43,033 bases of DNA from a virus (lineage: Duplodnaviria; Caudoviricetes), in IMG/VR virus record IMGVR_UViG_3300012942_001479, positions 1 to 43,033 of that record, one strand, 5' to 3'. Both the position numbers and the translations under genes were made by a program. Shown one piece after another: positions 1-9,979 of this stretch (positions are counted from its first letter, which is position 1; every line of letters starts with the position of its first letter). The notes under the pieces were generated by a model. That model worked only from the letters and a program-made list of their open reading frames with translations, searched no databases and was not told the DNA's origin.

Positions 1-1074
1 TCAAGCACTTAACGCCACCCTCGCCGGTGGCGTTTGTGTTTCTGGTTCTGACCTTGACCAAAAATTGACCGTGTTTGCATGGGCGGCCACATGGCTCGGG
101 GCAAGGTGGGCGTACTTCTGCACCATCTCGATCTTCTCCCAACCGCCCAACTCTTTCAGCACCATGAGGGGCGTGCCGCGCTGGACGTGCCAGCTTGCCC
201 AGGTGTGTCTGAAGTCGTGCCAGTGGAAGTCCTCGATGCCCACAGCGTCACACGCCCGCTTGAGGATACGCTTGTCGTGTTCCTGAATCAGGATGCCGTC
301 GCCGCCGTCGCGGGTGAACACCCAGCGGTCGGCTGTGCGCAGCCGCCGTTCCAGCACGGCATAAGCGTCGTCGTTCAGCGGCACGGATCGCGCCCGTCCT
401 GACTTCGCCAGGGCGTGCGTGATCCAGGCATTGCGCTGGGGCAGATCGACGTGCGATGGCGGCAAGCCGAACAACTCACTTTCCCGCATTCCGGTCGTCA
501 CCGCCACCAGCGCCGCGTCCTGCATCCAAGGCATGGTCATGGCCCGGATTAGTTCGGTGATGACCTCGGGCGGCTCCCAGCGCACCCGCACGTCCGGCTC
601 CTGATACGCGGGCAGATTCGGGGCTTTGTCCATCCAGCCCCATTCAACGCACAGGTTCAGCATGCGCCGGATCGTGGCGATGTAGCGATTCAGGGTGGCT
701 CCGGTCAGGGGTGTGGGCGCTTTCTTCTGGTGAATGCGATGCGTAGGCAGCGCGTCCACGATGTCGTCGGATGTTAAAGAGCGCACCGGGCGGCCCGCGA
801 ATTTCTCGCGCCAGAACGCGACGTGCCGCAGCTTCGTGGCGTAGTCACGCTGGCCCGCGCATTCTCGAAGAAAACGCACGGCGGCCTCCTCGAATTCCCG
901 GTCTGGCGCCTCGCCCAGCTTGTCCTGGCGCCACAGTGACGCCTTCAACTTGTCGTGGTATTCCTGCGCCGCCCGGCGGTCGATTGTTTCAGCAGAGCAT
1001 CTAACTCTTTCGCCGCCTGGCGCCCGGAAATCGACTTGCCAGATACCGGATGTTTTATCTTTGCGGATTGACAT
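1..1074 (-). CDS. int: Tyrosine recombinase / phage integrase
   Basis: Catalytic motifs TGMR, K (AKSGR), HDFRH, GGW and KYAH. Start trimmed to MSIRKDK (ATG at 1074). Confidence 0.95.
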   Translation of the reverse strand: MSIRKDKTSGIWQVDFRAPGGERVRCSAETIDRRAAQEYHDKLKASLWRQDKLGEAPDREFEEAAVRFLRECAGQRDYATKLRHVAFWREKFAGRPVRSLTSDDIVDALPTHRIHQKKAPTPLTGATLNRYIATIRRMLNLCVEWGWMDKAPNLPAYQEPDVRVRWEPPEVITELIRAMTMPWMQDAALVAVTTGMRESELFGLPPSHVDLPQRNAWITHALAKSGRARSVPLNDDAYAVLERRLRTADRWVFTRDGGDGILIQEHDKRILKRACDAVGIEDFHWHDFRHTWASWHVQRGTPLMVLKELGGWEKIEMVQKYAHLAPSHVAAHANTVNFWSRSEPETQTPPARVALSA

Positions 1075-1280
1075 GGAGTTTCCTCTATGACCCGCAGCGA
1101 TAGCCGAGTCACAGTATTGCGTGGTGCGGACAGTTCCGCAAGTCTGGACGGCCACACCCGCCATATCCGGGAGCCGGGCAGACGGAACCCGATCCGGTGG
1201 CGCTTGGCGAAGACGGTGCTATAGGCGACCTTCAACCGGTCGGCCACCTCCTGCAGGGTCAGCGCGGTTTCATCGGTCAT
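945..1280 (-). CDS. Excisionase-like HTH protein overlapping the int 5' end
   Basis: N-terminal LTLQEVADRLKVAYSTV HTH and WRV wing, directly upstream of int. ATGA overlap with the previous gene. Confidence 0.7.
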   Translation of the reverse strand: MTDETALTLQEVADRLKVAYSTVFAKRHRIGFRLPGSRIWRVWPSRLAELSAPRNTVTRLSLRVIEETPCQSAKIKHPVSGKSISGRQAAKELDALLKQSTAGRRRNTTTS

Positions 1281-1606
1281 TGCACTTCCTGCACCTGGAT
1301 CAGCTTTTCCAGGTAGTGCTGGGCCTTCTTCAGATCCTGCAGGCCGCCCTTCGCCTCGCAGCGGGCCAAATACTTGATCGCGTTGCCGCGCAGAAAACCC
1401 TGAAACTCCTCGGGCGACATCCAGGACCGCATCGCGTCCCAGGGCTGCACGCCCATGTCGATATAGTGGGAACCCCCCACCTGCCGCAAGTTCGCCCCGC
1501 TGGGGGCGGGTCGGGCTGCGGCCAGCCGGGTAAGTAGGGCGTCCGTCGCGTTCTCAGACAGGCCGGACGAGCGGCAGAGCTGGACAGCTACAGCGTCGTG
1601 GTTCAT
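1277..1606 (-). CDS. DUF3310 family protein (T7 gp1.7-like putative nucleotide kinase)
   Basis: Motif QVGGSHY...QPWD...GNAIKYLAR...KGGLQDLKKAQHYL. Confidence 0.85.
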   Translation of the reverse strand: MNHDAVAVQLCRSSGLSENATDALLTRLAAARPAPSGANLRQVGGSHYIDMGVQPWDAMRSWMSPEEFQGFLRGNAIKYLARCEAKGGLQDLKKAQHYLEKLIQVQEVQ

Positions 1607-2997
1607 GGTGCTTTCCTCTTCATGGCTTCGAGCAGGATGTCCATGACCTCGCGCTTGGATTCCACGCGGGCCAGGACGGATTCGTCCATCGTGTCGGCGG
1701 CCACGATGTTGTAGATGAAGACCGGGCGGTCGTGCCCAGCCTGCGCCTGGCGGGTCGGGCCAATGCGCTCGATGATTTGCAATCGTTCTTCCAGATTCCA
1801 GGACAGGCCGAAGAAAGCCAGGATGTTGCCGCCATCCTGCAGGTTCAGGCCGTGCCCGGCACTGGCCGGGTGCGCGAACAGCACCGGGATCTTCCCGGCG
1901 TTCCAGTCCCGGATGGTCTGGGGGTTGTCATCCAGCAATCGGCCCTGCGGAAACGTGCGCAGCAACCGGGCCAGGTCGGACTTGAAGTGATAGGCCACCA
2001 GCACCGGCATGCCAGCGGCTTCCTGGATGATGGAGTCCAGCGCCTGCAGCTTGGCGTCGTGGACTTCGCCCCACTCGGCGCCGGACTCGTCCTTGTAGAT
2101 CGCGCCGTTGGCGAGCTGCAGGCACTTCATGGTCTTGCTGGCAGCGTTGAATGCCTCGATCTCGGTGCCGCAGTCGAGCGCCAGGAAGGCTTCTCGCTCC
2201 ATCGCCCGGTACAGCACCCGGGCGGGGGCGGGCAGCTCCACGCGGATCGTGGTGACAATCGGTTCGGCCAGGTTGAAATAGTCCCGGGCGTCCAGCGACA
2301 GGCACAGGTCCCGTAGTGCGTCCTCGATCTGGGTCTGGGCGAACGGCAACGGTTCCAGCCGGATCGCGTGCCGATCGGCCCCGACCTGGATGGATTGAAA
2401 CCAGCGGTTTTTGAATGCGGTGAACGACCGACCCAGCCGCACGCCCTTGTCCAGGAACCAGGCCTGGCCCCACAGATCCACCAGACCGTTCGGGCTGGGG
2501 GTGCCGGTCAGTTCCGTGAACCATTCCGCGCCGACGTGCGCCACCCGGCCCAGGGCCTGCGCCCGTTGGCCGCCTTGGCGCGTGCGGAAAGACTTGAGCC
2601 GGGTGGACTCATCGGGGATCACCTTCTTGAACGGCCATTTGCCGTCCAGGTGTTCCACCAGCCAGGGCAGGTTCTCATAGTTGATCGTGTAGACGTTCGC
2701 ATCGCGGCGCAGGGCCGCCCGGCGCTGCTGAGTGGTGCCCAGGATCGGGGACACTTCGATACCCCGCAGGTGCTCCCATTTCGCGGCTTCGTCGGGCCAG
2801 GTGCTGGCGGCCACCCGCTTTGGGGCCAGCACCAGCGCCGGGCGGGGGTCGATGAATTGCAGGATGTCCAGCGCCGTCAGCGTGGACACGCTCTTGCCCA
2901 TGCCCATCCCGGCCCACACCGCGCAGCGCGGGGTGTCCAGAATGTGATCGATGATGGCCGTCTGGTACGGGCGTGGGGTGAATACCTGCCGGGTCAT
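1603..2997 (-). CDS. SNF2-family (SF2) helicase
   Basis: PRPYQ, MGMGKS, DES, LTGTP, AGHGLNLQ and QIIERIG motifs. Start at MTRQVF (ATGA overlap). Confidence 0.92.
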   Translation of the reverse strand: MTRQVFTPRPYQTAIIDHILDTPRCAVWAGMGMGKSVSTLTALDILQFIDPRPALVLAPKRVAASTWPDEAAKWEHLRGIEVSPILGTTQQRRAALRRDANVYTINYENLPWLVEHLDGKWPFKKVIPDESTRLKSFRTRQGGQRAQALGRVAHVGAEWFTELTGTPSPNGLVDLWGQAWFLDKGVRLGRSFTAFKNRWFQSIQVGADRHAIRLEPLPFAQTQIEDALRDLCLSLDARDYFNLAEPIVTTIRVELPAPARVLYRAMEREAFLALDCGTEIEAFNAASKTMKCLQLANGAIYKDESGAEWGEVHDAKLQALDSIIQEAAGMPVLVAYHFKSDLARLLRTFPQGRLLDDNPQTIRDWNAGKIPVLFAHPASAGHGLNLQDGGNILAFFGLSWNLEERLQIIERIGPTRQAQAGHDRPVFIYNIVAADTMDESVLARVESKREVMDILLEAMKRKAP

Positions 2998-3494
2998 GCC
3001 TGTACCTCGACGGGCTTCATGAAAACCAGCCAGTGCGTCATGCCCCGGCGGCCCGTGGCGTTGCCGAAAAGAGGCGGTACAGGTGTCAACGCCAGCACGT
3101 CCTTCAAAGGGACTTGCGTTTCGTTCCACTTGAAAACCAACACGCCATTGCTGGCCAGCACGCGGAAGCACTCAGCAAAGCCGCGCCTTAAGTCTTCGCG
3201 CCAGTCTGGCCCCAGCTTCCCGTACTTGGCCGCCAGCCAGGACCGAGGGCCTGCCTGCACCAGGTGCGGGGGGTCAAACGACACCAGATTGAACGTGCCG
3301 TCAGGGTACGGAATTGCCCGAAAGTCCATCAGGACATCAGGTTCGATCTGCAGCGTGCGCGTACCTGACGCGTTGCCCCGCGAATTGTCGGTCACCGTGA
3401 TGACTTCGCGCCGAATGTCACCAAATACCACATTGGGGTGCTGGCGGTCGAACCAGAACATGCGACTTCCGCAGCAGGGGTCCAACACTCTCAT
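2994..3494 (-). CDS. SAM-dependent methyltransferase (DPPH motif, probable amino-MTase)
   Basis: VLDPCCGSRMFWFD SAM-binding motif, FDPPH, FKWNE. Confidence 0.85.
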   Translation of the reverse strand: MRVLDPCCGSRMFWFDRQHPNVVFGDIRREVITVTDNSRGNASGTRTLQIEPDVLMDFRAIPYPDGTFNLVSFDPPHLVQAGPRSWLAAKYGKLGPDWREDLRRGFAECFRVLASNGVLVFKWNETQVPLKDVLALTPVPPLFGNATGRRGMTHWLVFMKPVEVQA

Positions 3495-3847
3495 GCCAGC
3501 ACCTCGTCCACGCCTTCGAACGAATCGACCACGACCACGACCTGGCCCATGCGGCGCATCCGGTCGTGTTCGCGCTGCTGGTGGGGCTTTACTTTCTCGC
3601 CCGGCGCTTTCAACTCGACCCAAATGGTTCTACCAAGGCCAAGTGTTTCAGCCAAGGTCCTTTGCATTTTCAACAGGTAGGCCGCTACTTCAGCGTTGCT
3701 TTCGTTCTCATGATGAAGTTTGAAGCCGGGCAGCATGACCAGCCGATCAGGGGCGCCGTTGCGCCCGATCCAGCGGACCTTGCGGACTTCGCCGCCGATC
3801 ATCTTGACGCGGGCCACCAGGTAATCCTCGATGTCAGATTCACGCAT
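3491..3847 (-). CDS. VRR-NUC domain nuclease
   Basis: MRESDIE...GAPDRL...WVELK...Q PD-(D/E)xK pattern. Confidence 0.9.
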   Translation of the reverse strand: MRESDIEDYLVARVKMIGGEVRKVRWIGRNGAPDRLVMLPGFKLHHENESNAEVAAYLLKMQRTLAETLGLGRTIWVELKAPGEKVKPHQQREHDRMRRMGQVVVVVDSFEGVDEVLA

Positions 3848-3947
3848 AACGGGCCAGCCTCCATGCACGGCGTGCAGCATCCAGGCGACCATGGCCCAGG
3901 CTGCGGTAGAACTTGACGAACTTCAGGAAGGATCGGACGTGGGTCAT
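3840..3947 (-). CDS. Small hypothetical protein (35 aa, MTHVRSFLKF...)
   Basis: Fills the gap between neighbours, with overlapping start/stop codons and GGAG upstream. Confidence 0.45.
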   Translation of the reverse strand: MTHVRSFLKFVKFYRSLGHGRLDAARRAWRLARYA

Positions 3948-4255
3948 GATTTCCGCTCCATGCGCGTCTGCCAATGAATGCCGAACGCGCCTACAAACGG
4001 CAAGCCAATGGACAGGCCGCCGGTTCCGGTTCCACGTCGAGCGCCCCAGCGGGAAATGAACGGTCGGCTCAACCAATGCTTAGGTCGAAACCATCGGATT
4101 GCCCACAGCCAAGTAATTGAACTGGGCGGGTGATAGCTGGCCAGCGTGGCGATGGTGCGTGAGCTTTCTCCGTTGCCGTGCATCCAGTTAAAACCGACGG
4201 TCAAGCCGTTGGAAAACCGGATGGAACGACCAAAATACCGATTGATATTGATCAC
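3944..4255 (-). CDS. Hypothetical protein (Trp-rich)
   Basis: ORF tightly packed in the operon, AAGGA upstream of the start. Confidence 0.55.
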   Translation of the reverse strand: MININRYFGRSIRFSNGLTVGFNWMHGNGESSRTIATLASYHPPSSITWLWAIRWFRPKHWLSRPFISRWGARRGTGTGGLSIGLPFVGAFGIHWQTRMERKS

Positions 4256-4259
4256 GGTG

Positions 4260-6338
4260 TCAATCCTTCTTGTAGTGGTAGGCCTCGAACCCGGCGGCGG
4301 CCAGGGGAAGCCCGGCGGCCCATTCAGGGGCGTGGGTCATGCACGAGGCCAGGCGCTGCGCGTCGTAGTCCTCTGTATCGGGGGCCTCGGTGATAATTTC
4401 GTCGTGGACGGTCAGCACGATTTCAAAGCCGTCGGCGTCCGCGTTCTTCATGCCGTGGGCCAGCACGTCGCGGGCGACGGCCTGGGTGATGTTTTCCGCC
4501 AGCTTGCCGCCGTAGGTCTTGAGTCGCGCCCACTTTCTGCTGTATTGGTCCACGCCCATATAGGACAGCTTGCCGTCGTCCAGTTGCGGGCAGGGGTAGC
4601 AGACGAAGCGACCGGACGGCAGGCGCACGCGCAGCCAGGCACCGTCCCGGCGTAGCTTCAACGCCCGGCAAGGTACGACCTTGCCCGGGGTGACAATCGC
4701 CATGACAGCGGCCTCGGCCAGGTCGCGCCACAGGCTTACCGTGCGGGGGTGGTTGCGCCGCCAGAGACGTTTCAGCGAGTCGCAAACCATGAAGATTTCA
4801 GCGCTCAGGCCCAGCAGGCCCAGCTTCCGAGACTGGCGCCACTCTACGAACGCCTCGGCCTCGGCCCACACATCGCCCGGGATGCCGGGGCGGGCCGCTG
4901 CGGCCATGGCCGCCAGGTCGATCCGGTACGTTGCCGCCCCGGTGAGGTACGCGCCTACGCCGCCCTCATAGCCCAGCATCAGCTCCATGACCTTGCCGAT
5001 CTGGCGCATGATGCCGTCGCCGCTGTGCTTGTTCTCCATCACGTCCTCGGGCGTGACGGCGAACGCCTTGGCATAGGCCAGGGCATACAGGTCGGCGCCG
5101 GTGCCGGCGTCGAAATCGCGGAACGCCTGCAGCTTCCACTCTTCCCCGGCCAGCCAGGCCAGCGTGCGCCCCTCGATGTTGGACAGGTCGGCCACCACTA
5201 GGCGCTTGCCTTCAGGCGCCTGAATGCACGCCCGCACGGCGCTGCTGGTCAGCTCCATCACGTTGTCGAACAGGATGTCGGCGCAGTTGGCTTTCAGCGC
5301 CTCGATGCCGTCATCGATCACGGCCTGCTTGAGCGTGGGCCGGGGTAAGTTCTGCGGCTGGAAGAGGCGCCCGGCCCAGCGCCCGGTGCGGCTGGCGCCG
5401 TCAAACTGCAGGGTACCGCGCAGGCGGCCATCGCTGCTTACGCCGTTGACGAGCTTCTTGTACTTGCTGGTGCTTGTGGTACTGGCCTGCAGGCGGATCG
5501 CCAGCAGTTCGCGCAGCTCCACCGGCAGGGCCGGGTCATTGATCCGGCGCTCAAGGGTGGATTGCTGCATGTCGGGCAGATCCAGCCCGCACTCTTCCAT
5601 CAGGTAGCGCAGCAGCACGTCGCGCTGGGTGGCGGCCTGCACGTTGCCGTCGGTGATTTCCTGGGTGCGGGACGCCAGCACCGCCTTTTCCAACTTGACC
5701 GCCCGCATGGCGCCTTCGGCCAGGTCCAGATCCACCTTGAACCCTCGGTCGTTGATTCGCTGGTCCAGGCGCCACAGGTCCAGCTCCTCGCCCCTGTAAT
5801 TCCACTCGGGCAACTTCTTGTGCACTGCCCGCATGGCCTCGATGTCCAGGCCCGCGTACGACACAAACCGCGCCCACTCCACCGGGTGGGTCTTGCTGGT
5901 GGCCCGACGCAGCTTGCTGCTGACGGGGCGCGGCTTGCAGAACAATTGAATCAGGGCCTTGCCCGCTTTGTCCTTGGCTTTGTCCTGATCGACGCCCAGG
6001 ATGTCGCACAGGGCGCCCAGCGCCCCGGGCAGGCCGTGGGCCAGCGCCTGGACCATCGTGTCGTACCACCGGGCCAGCGCGATTTCCGTGCCGGTGTGGC
6101 GCAGCACGGTGCGGTCGAACTGGCTGTTGTGCGCCACCACGGTAACGCCCGGATCGCGGATCGCTTCGACCAGCAGCGCCGGGCGCGGCTCCCCGTTGGC
6201 TTCGTCCACGACCTGCACCGGCTCGTCATCCAGCGCCCAGGCAAAGAGCATGACTTCCGCGCCCTCAGCGTAGGCGTGCGTGCCGTGGGTGATCGGCACG
6301 GCGCTGAATGTTTCGAGGTCGGCCCAGAGCTTGGTCAC
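4260..6338 (-). CDS. Family A DNA polymerase with 3'-5' exonuclease domain
   Basis: DLET and AHNSQFD exonuclease motifs; TGRW, DLSNIEGR, RQIGK..EL..GY and TVHDEI polymerase motifs. Confidence 0.96.
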   Translation of the reverse strand: MTKLWADLETFSAVPITHGTHAYAEGAEVMLFAWALDDEPVQVVDEANGEPRPALLVEAIRDPGVTVVAHNSQFDRTVLRHTGTEIALARWYDTMVQALAHGLPGALGALCDILGVDQDKAKDKAGKALIQLFCKPRPVSSKLRRATSKTHPVEWARFVSYAGLDIEAMRAVHKKLPEWNYRGEELDLWRLDQRINDRGFKVDLDLAEGAMRAVKLEKAVLASRTQEITDGNVQAATQRDVLLRYLMEECGLDLPDMQQSTLERRINDPALPVELRELLAIRLQASTTSTSKYKKLVNGVSSDGRLRGTLQFDGASRTGRWAGRLFQPQNLPRPTLKQAVIDDGIEALKANCADILFDNVMELTSSAVRACIQAPEGKRLVVADLSNIEGRTLAWLAGEEWKLQAFRDFDAGTGADLYALAYAKAFAVTPEDVMENKHSGDGIMRQIGKVMELMLGYEGGVGAYLTGAATYRIDLAAMAAAARPGIPGDVWAEAEAFVEWRQSRKLGLLGLSAEIFMVCDSLKRLWRRNHPRTVSLWRDLAEAAVMAIVTPGKVVPCRALKLRRDGAWLRVRLPSGRFVCYPCPQLDDGKLSYMGVDQYSRKWARLKTYGGKLAENITQAVARDVLAHGMKNADADGFEIVLTVHDEIITEAPDTEDYDAQRLASCMTHAPEWAAGLPLAAAGFEAYHYKKD

Positions 6339-6559
6339 GGTAGGACCTCGAAGTCATCGGCTGCATCAACCTCGCACGCATGTTCCTTGAGCCTGTTGTG
6401 CTCGATGCGCTCGTTTTCAAAAAGGCGCCACCCCCCGCCATCTACGATTCGCCATTTAAGGCCGTGCATGCCGCAGCGCTTGCAAACTGCAGGCCATGCG
6501 TTACGCGGCTTTCGGCGTCCGTAGATGATGCTGTCCTCGTTGTCGTCAAAGTAGCTCAT
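6335..6559 (-). CDS. Small hypothetical protein, possible Zn-binding (CKRC...HAC)
   Basis: Coupled overlaps on both sides; CxxC and HxC residues. Confidence 0.65.
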   Translation of the reverse strand: MSYFDDNEDSIIYGRRKPRNAWPAVCKRCGMHGLKWRIVDGGGWRLFENERIEHNRLKEHACEVDAADDFEVLP

Positions 6560-7446
6560 GACGCAGCCCGTTCCCCGCCCAGGGCTTCCGTCAGGTCGGC
6601 CAGCAGGCGGGCGACTTCACCCGTCATCAGGGTGAAATCCGCGTCGAACTGTTCAGCCTCGTTCTGCGCGTCGGATTTCTCCCGCAGCACGTCCAGGGGC
6701 TTCAGGCGGCGGACATCCAGGCCATCCGTCAAGACGAACGAAACCCGGTCGTTCCAGGTCATCGCCAGCTTGGTGCACTGCTTGCCCTCGTGCACACGCT
6801 GCAGGGCTTCCTGCGCGGCCAGGGTCTGGTTGCTGTAGTGCACGGTCGCCCGGGACGCGCCGGGGTTTTGCAGCTCCGCATCCTGATCGATGGTGAACCC
6901 GGCGGGCGCCTCGTCGTCCACCAGCCACGAGGTCATGGCCTGGGCGGGCGACGTTGCGACGTGGAAAGGCACCAGCGGGAAAGGGCTGATCGTCTTTGCC
7001 AGCAGGCCCAGCAGCGCGTCCGACTTCGCATCCGACGAGGTATCGATTGCAGCCCATCGATTCACGGTGTCGATCCACGCCGGGACGAACTGGTGTACGG
7101 TGAAGGCTTTGGGCAGCAGCTCAAGCGTGACCTGCTCCTTGATTTCCTTCATTTGCTTGCGGCCTGGCTTGTAGCCTTGCTGGTCTTCGATCTGTCGCGC
7201 CCGGGCGATGGCTGCAGCGTTCACGACGCTGGCCGGAAGCAGCTTCTTCTCGATGCACAGGACCAACAGGTACTGGCCGCCCATCGAGTAAAGGAGGTCG
7301 CAGTCTGGGCGCACTGGAATCCAGCCTGCCGATTCGGCTTCCTGGCTTGCGCAGGGATGAAACTGGTAGTTTTCCATCCCCGCCTGCAGGCCTGCCAGAT
7401 CCGCGTCTGGCGCCAGCTTGTAGATTTTCAGATTCTTGAACCACAT
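6556..7446 (-). CDS. rdgC: Recombination-associated protein RdgC
   Basis: MWFKNLKIY start, EKKLLPASVV, ELLPKAF and FDADFTLM motifs typical of RdgC. Confidence 0.95.
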   Translation of the reverse strand: MWFKNLKIYKLAPDADLAGLQAGMENYQFHPCASQEAESAGWIPVRPDCDLLYSMGGQYLLVLCIEKKLLPASVVNAAAIARARQIEDQQGYKPGRKQMKEIKEQVTLELLPKAFTVHQFVPAWIDTVNRWAAIDTSSDAKSDALLGLLAKTISPFPLVPFHVATSPAQAMTSWLVDDEAPAGFTIDQDAELQNPGASRATVHYSNQTLAAQEALQRVHEGKQCTKLAMTWNDRVSFVLTDGLDVRRLKPLDVLREKSDAQNEAEQFDADFTLMTGEVARLLADLTEALGGERAAS

Positions 7447-7455
7447 GGCCGTCCC

Positions 7456-7617
7456 CTAGAAAAGTTCCGGCGCCAGCGGATCGTTATGCATGGCGTAGTT
7501 CCAGCCCGCAGCCCAATCAGCGGCGCGGGTCGGATCGGTCTTTTTGTAGGGGTTGTCCTCAAGGTGCTTGTCATCGGAGTAGGCCTCGCGGCCCTCTCTG
7601 TATTCGGTGCTTTCCAT
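7456..7617 (-). CDS. Small protein with Rmf/CrpP-like fold pattern
   Basis: YREGREAY...NPY...W..GW pattern; AAGGA RBS. Confidence 0.6.
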   Translation of the reverse strand: MESTEYREGREAYSDDKHLEDNPYKKTDPTRAADWAAGWNYAMHNDPLAPELF

Positions 7618-7821
7618 GGTGTTGTTCCTTGAATTGGTAGCCGTCAGGCCCGTTGTCTGGATTGCCGGGGAGATACGTTTCCAAGTCCTGCCCGGTTTGC
7701 GCACTGCCCGCCGCTTCCAAAATGGCGTGCGGGGACGGCGGGGGTAGCGATCCAGACCTGGGCGCCGCGTGGGCCAGGCGCGGCTTTCGGTATCAGGACT
7801 TCCCGCTCTTGCAGAGCTGGA

Positions 7822-8373
7822 TTACGCGAATTCGCTTTCGGCGTCGGCCCCCTGGCTGAGGTCATCGAATTCGTCTTCGCTGGCCGCGCCGCCACCGGCG
7901 AACGCATCCCCGTCCTTGACGAACTGGACGCCGCGCAGGCTGGCGTTCACGCGCTTCCCGTAGTTGTTGTCTTGCGCCCAAATATCCAGGCTGGCGATGA
8001 CGTAGCACCCGGCATAGGGTTTGCCGTCGGCTTCGACCAGCGGCGACTTGTCACGATTCAGGACGGTCGGGCGGGTGGCCGATCGGGCCGACACATAGAA
8101 GTGCCCCGCGAAGCCGTCGTACTGCTCCTTCAGGTCGCCGTCGTGCAGGCACACCTTGTCCTGGGCGCGCATCTGCTTGAGCACGGCTTCAGCCTTGGCG
8201 CCCCATTTTTCCTTCGCCACCGCGTCGATGGTGGCATTGATCGCCTTGATCTGAGGATCGTTCGGTTCGATCAAGAGGCTGGCGGAAAAGGCCGGTTTGC
8301 CCTCGCCGTTGACGGTTTTGGCCTCGAACAAAGCGGGGAAGGCCAGGCGCACGTTGGTCAGTTTGATTTGCAT
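7822..8373 (-). CDS. ssDNA-binding protein (DUF2815, T7 gp2.5-like)
   Basis: VRLAFPALFE, YAGCY, GVQFVKDG motifs and acidic C-terminal tail. Confidence 0.92.
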   Translation of the reverse strand: MQIKLTNVRLAFPALFEAKTVNGEGKPAFSASLLIEPNDPQIKAINATIDAVAKEKWGAKAEAVLKQMRAQDKVCLHDGDLKEQYDGFAGHFYVSARSATRPTVLNRDKSPLVEADGKPYAGCYVIASLDIWAQDNNYGKRVNASLRGVQFVKDGDAFAGGGAASEDEFDDLSQGADAESEFA

Positions 8374-8384
8374 GGTGTTGCTCC

Positions 8385-8621
8385 TTAGTTGCAGGGGTAG
8401 CTGGGTTCAGCATCCGGGCGGAAAAGATCGGGGTACCGCCGCCGGATGCTCTTAGCGGTATCGTTCAAGGTGATGGACCGCTGCAGGGACTCGCCTGGCG
8501 GGGTTGCAGGATCGACAGCCGTGGCCGTCTTGAGCTGGTCCTGGGCGCTGGACGGCAGCAGGTCGTGCTGCCACTCAGGGCCGATCAGCGGGCGCGGCGC
8601 AGCTTTGCGGCGGGCGGTCAT
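8385..8621 (-). CDS. Hypothetical protein
   Basis: ORF in operon with ATGA coupling. Confidence 0.6.
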   Translation of the reverse strand: MTARRKAAPRPLIGPEWQHDLLPSSAQDQLKTATAVDPATPPGESLQRSITLNDTAKSIRRRYPDLFRPDAEPSYPCN

Positions 8622-9979
8622 ACGAACTCCCCAGCCGCGCCAGCGGTTTCGGTCAGGTCTTCGAAGTCGGCAGCGCTGTCAACGACAACGGCTTCCCGCT
8701 TGTCGGACTCGGGCGCCACGCTGAGCGCCCCGTCAGGCTGCGTGATGATTTCGAGCAGGCGCGGCCACTGGCGCGGGCCGATGCTCCCGGCCTTGTGCAG
8801 CTTTTCGGCTGTGGTCGGGGAAATCAGCTTCAGGTCGTAGATCTGTTCGACCTTCAGGCGCATGGTCTTCAGCAGAGTCTCGGCCTCGGTCGCGCTCGTC
8901 CACGCCCTTGCGCCCTTGCGCCCTTGCACCAGCTTGAAGCCCGGCACGGCGCCCCCGGCCAGCAGTTCGGATTCGACCCGGGCGCGAATGGCCTTGCACC
9001 AGCCTTCAATCAGATCGACGGCGGCCATGCGCTTGCCCAGATCCTCGGGCGCGACGGCCCCCACCAGCTCCTGCACGGTCTGTTTCGCTTGCTCCGGGGA
9101 CTCGCTGTGTGCGGCCAGGACTTCGAAGTCGGCGCCTACGTCAGCCGCTACCTTCTCGGCCAGCGCCGGGCAGGTAGCTTTCGCCTTGCAGAACCGGCAG
9201 GGATCGTCCCCCGGGTGCAGGTCAGACAGCGCCACCTGTTCCGGGGGGACTCCGATGTACTTGAGAGCGTGCCGGGCGAAGACCTGAGCGTTCGACGCCC
9301 ACGTCTGCATGCTCTTGCCGTCGATGGCGCCGCCAGCGGGTTCCAGCGGCATGACCCATTCATCGATGTGGTGCAGCCTGGGCTGCACGATCACCATGCG
9401 CACGCGCTTGAAGTCGTTGGTGAATTCGTGCTCGGCCAGGGCGGCGGCGCCGTAGATGCCTAGCTGCGGGTTCTGGTAAGCACCGACGCGCACGCCGCGA
9501 CCGTATTTCAGATCCACGACCACCAGCTCGTCACCCGCCAGGACCACAGCGTCGGACGTGCCGAAGGCGTCGGGTTCGCCTGTGACGCAGGTAATCGACA
9601 GCCGCTGTTCCACCAGCAGCTCGCCGCCGATGGCCCGCACATAGTCCAGATAGACCTGGACGTACTCGGCCATGTCGCCATCAACCGTAAACGCAGGTGC
9701 GGACACGGCTAATTCGGCTTCTTCCTCGGTGGTGAGTGGTCTGGCGTGGGGGTTGATTCCAACCCATTCCGCCTCGCCTTTCCAAATCATGATCTGTCGG
9801 CCCAGGTGGGCGTCGGCATCCACCCCTTGCGTCAGGCATTCAGACGCCAGGAAGTGGGCTACGGTACCCTCGTCAGCAAACGCGCTGGACGTGTCCGGGT
9901 AAACGGCTTCCAGCGCTACGCTGCCGGGGCAGTGCAGCCAGCGGTGTGCGCTGGACGGGGAAAGTTTCGCGTGGCTCAT
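8618..9979 (-). CDS. DUF2800 Cas4-like / PD-(D/E)xK exonuclease
   Basis: [31 protein letters not shown] and CRFC...CP Fe-S-type cysteines. Confidence 0.9.
   Translation of the reverse strand: MSHAKLSPSSAHRWLHCPGSVALEAVYPDTSSAFADEGTVAHFLASECLTQGVDADAHLGRQIMIWKGEAEWVGINPHARPLTTEEEAELAVSAPAFTVDGDMAEYVQVYLDYVRAIGGELLVEQRLSITCVTGEPDAFGTSDAVVLAGDELVVVDLKYGRGVRVGAYQNPQLGIYGAAALAEHEFTNDFKRVRMVIVQPRLHHIDEWVMPLEPAGGAIDGKSMQTWASNAQVFARHALKYIGVPPEQVALSDLHPGDDPCRFCKAKATCPALAEKVAADVGADFEVLAAHSESPEQAKQTVQELVGAVAPEDLGKRMAAVDLIEGWCKAIRARVESELLAGGAVPGFKLVQGRKGARAWTSATEAETLLKTMRLKVEQIYDLKLISPTTAEKLHKAGSIGPRQWPRLLEIITQPDGALSVAPESDKREAVVVDSAADFEDLTETAGAAGEFV

Noticed and set aside
7632-7643. AATTGGTAGCCG matching the reverse complement of 14170-14181 (possible extra operator)
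   Set aside because: Only a half-site matches; the second arm of the palindrome is absent.
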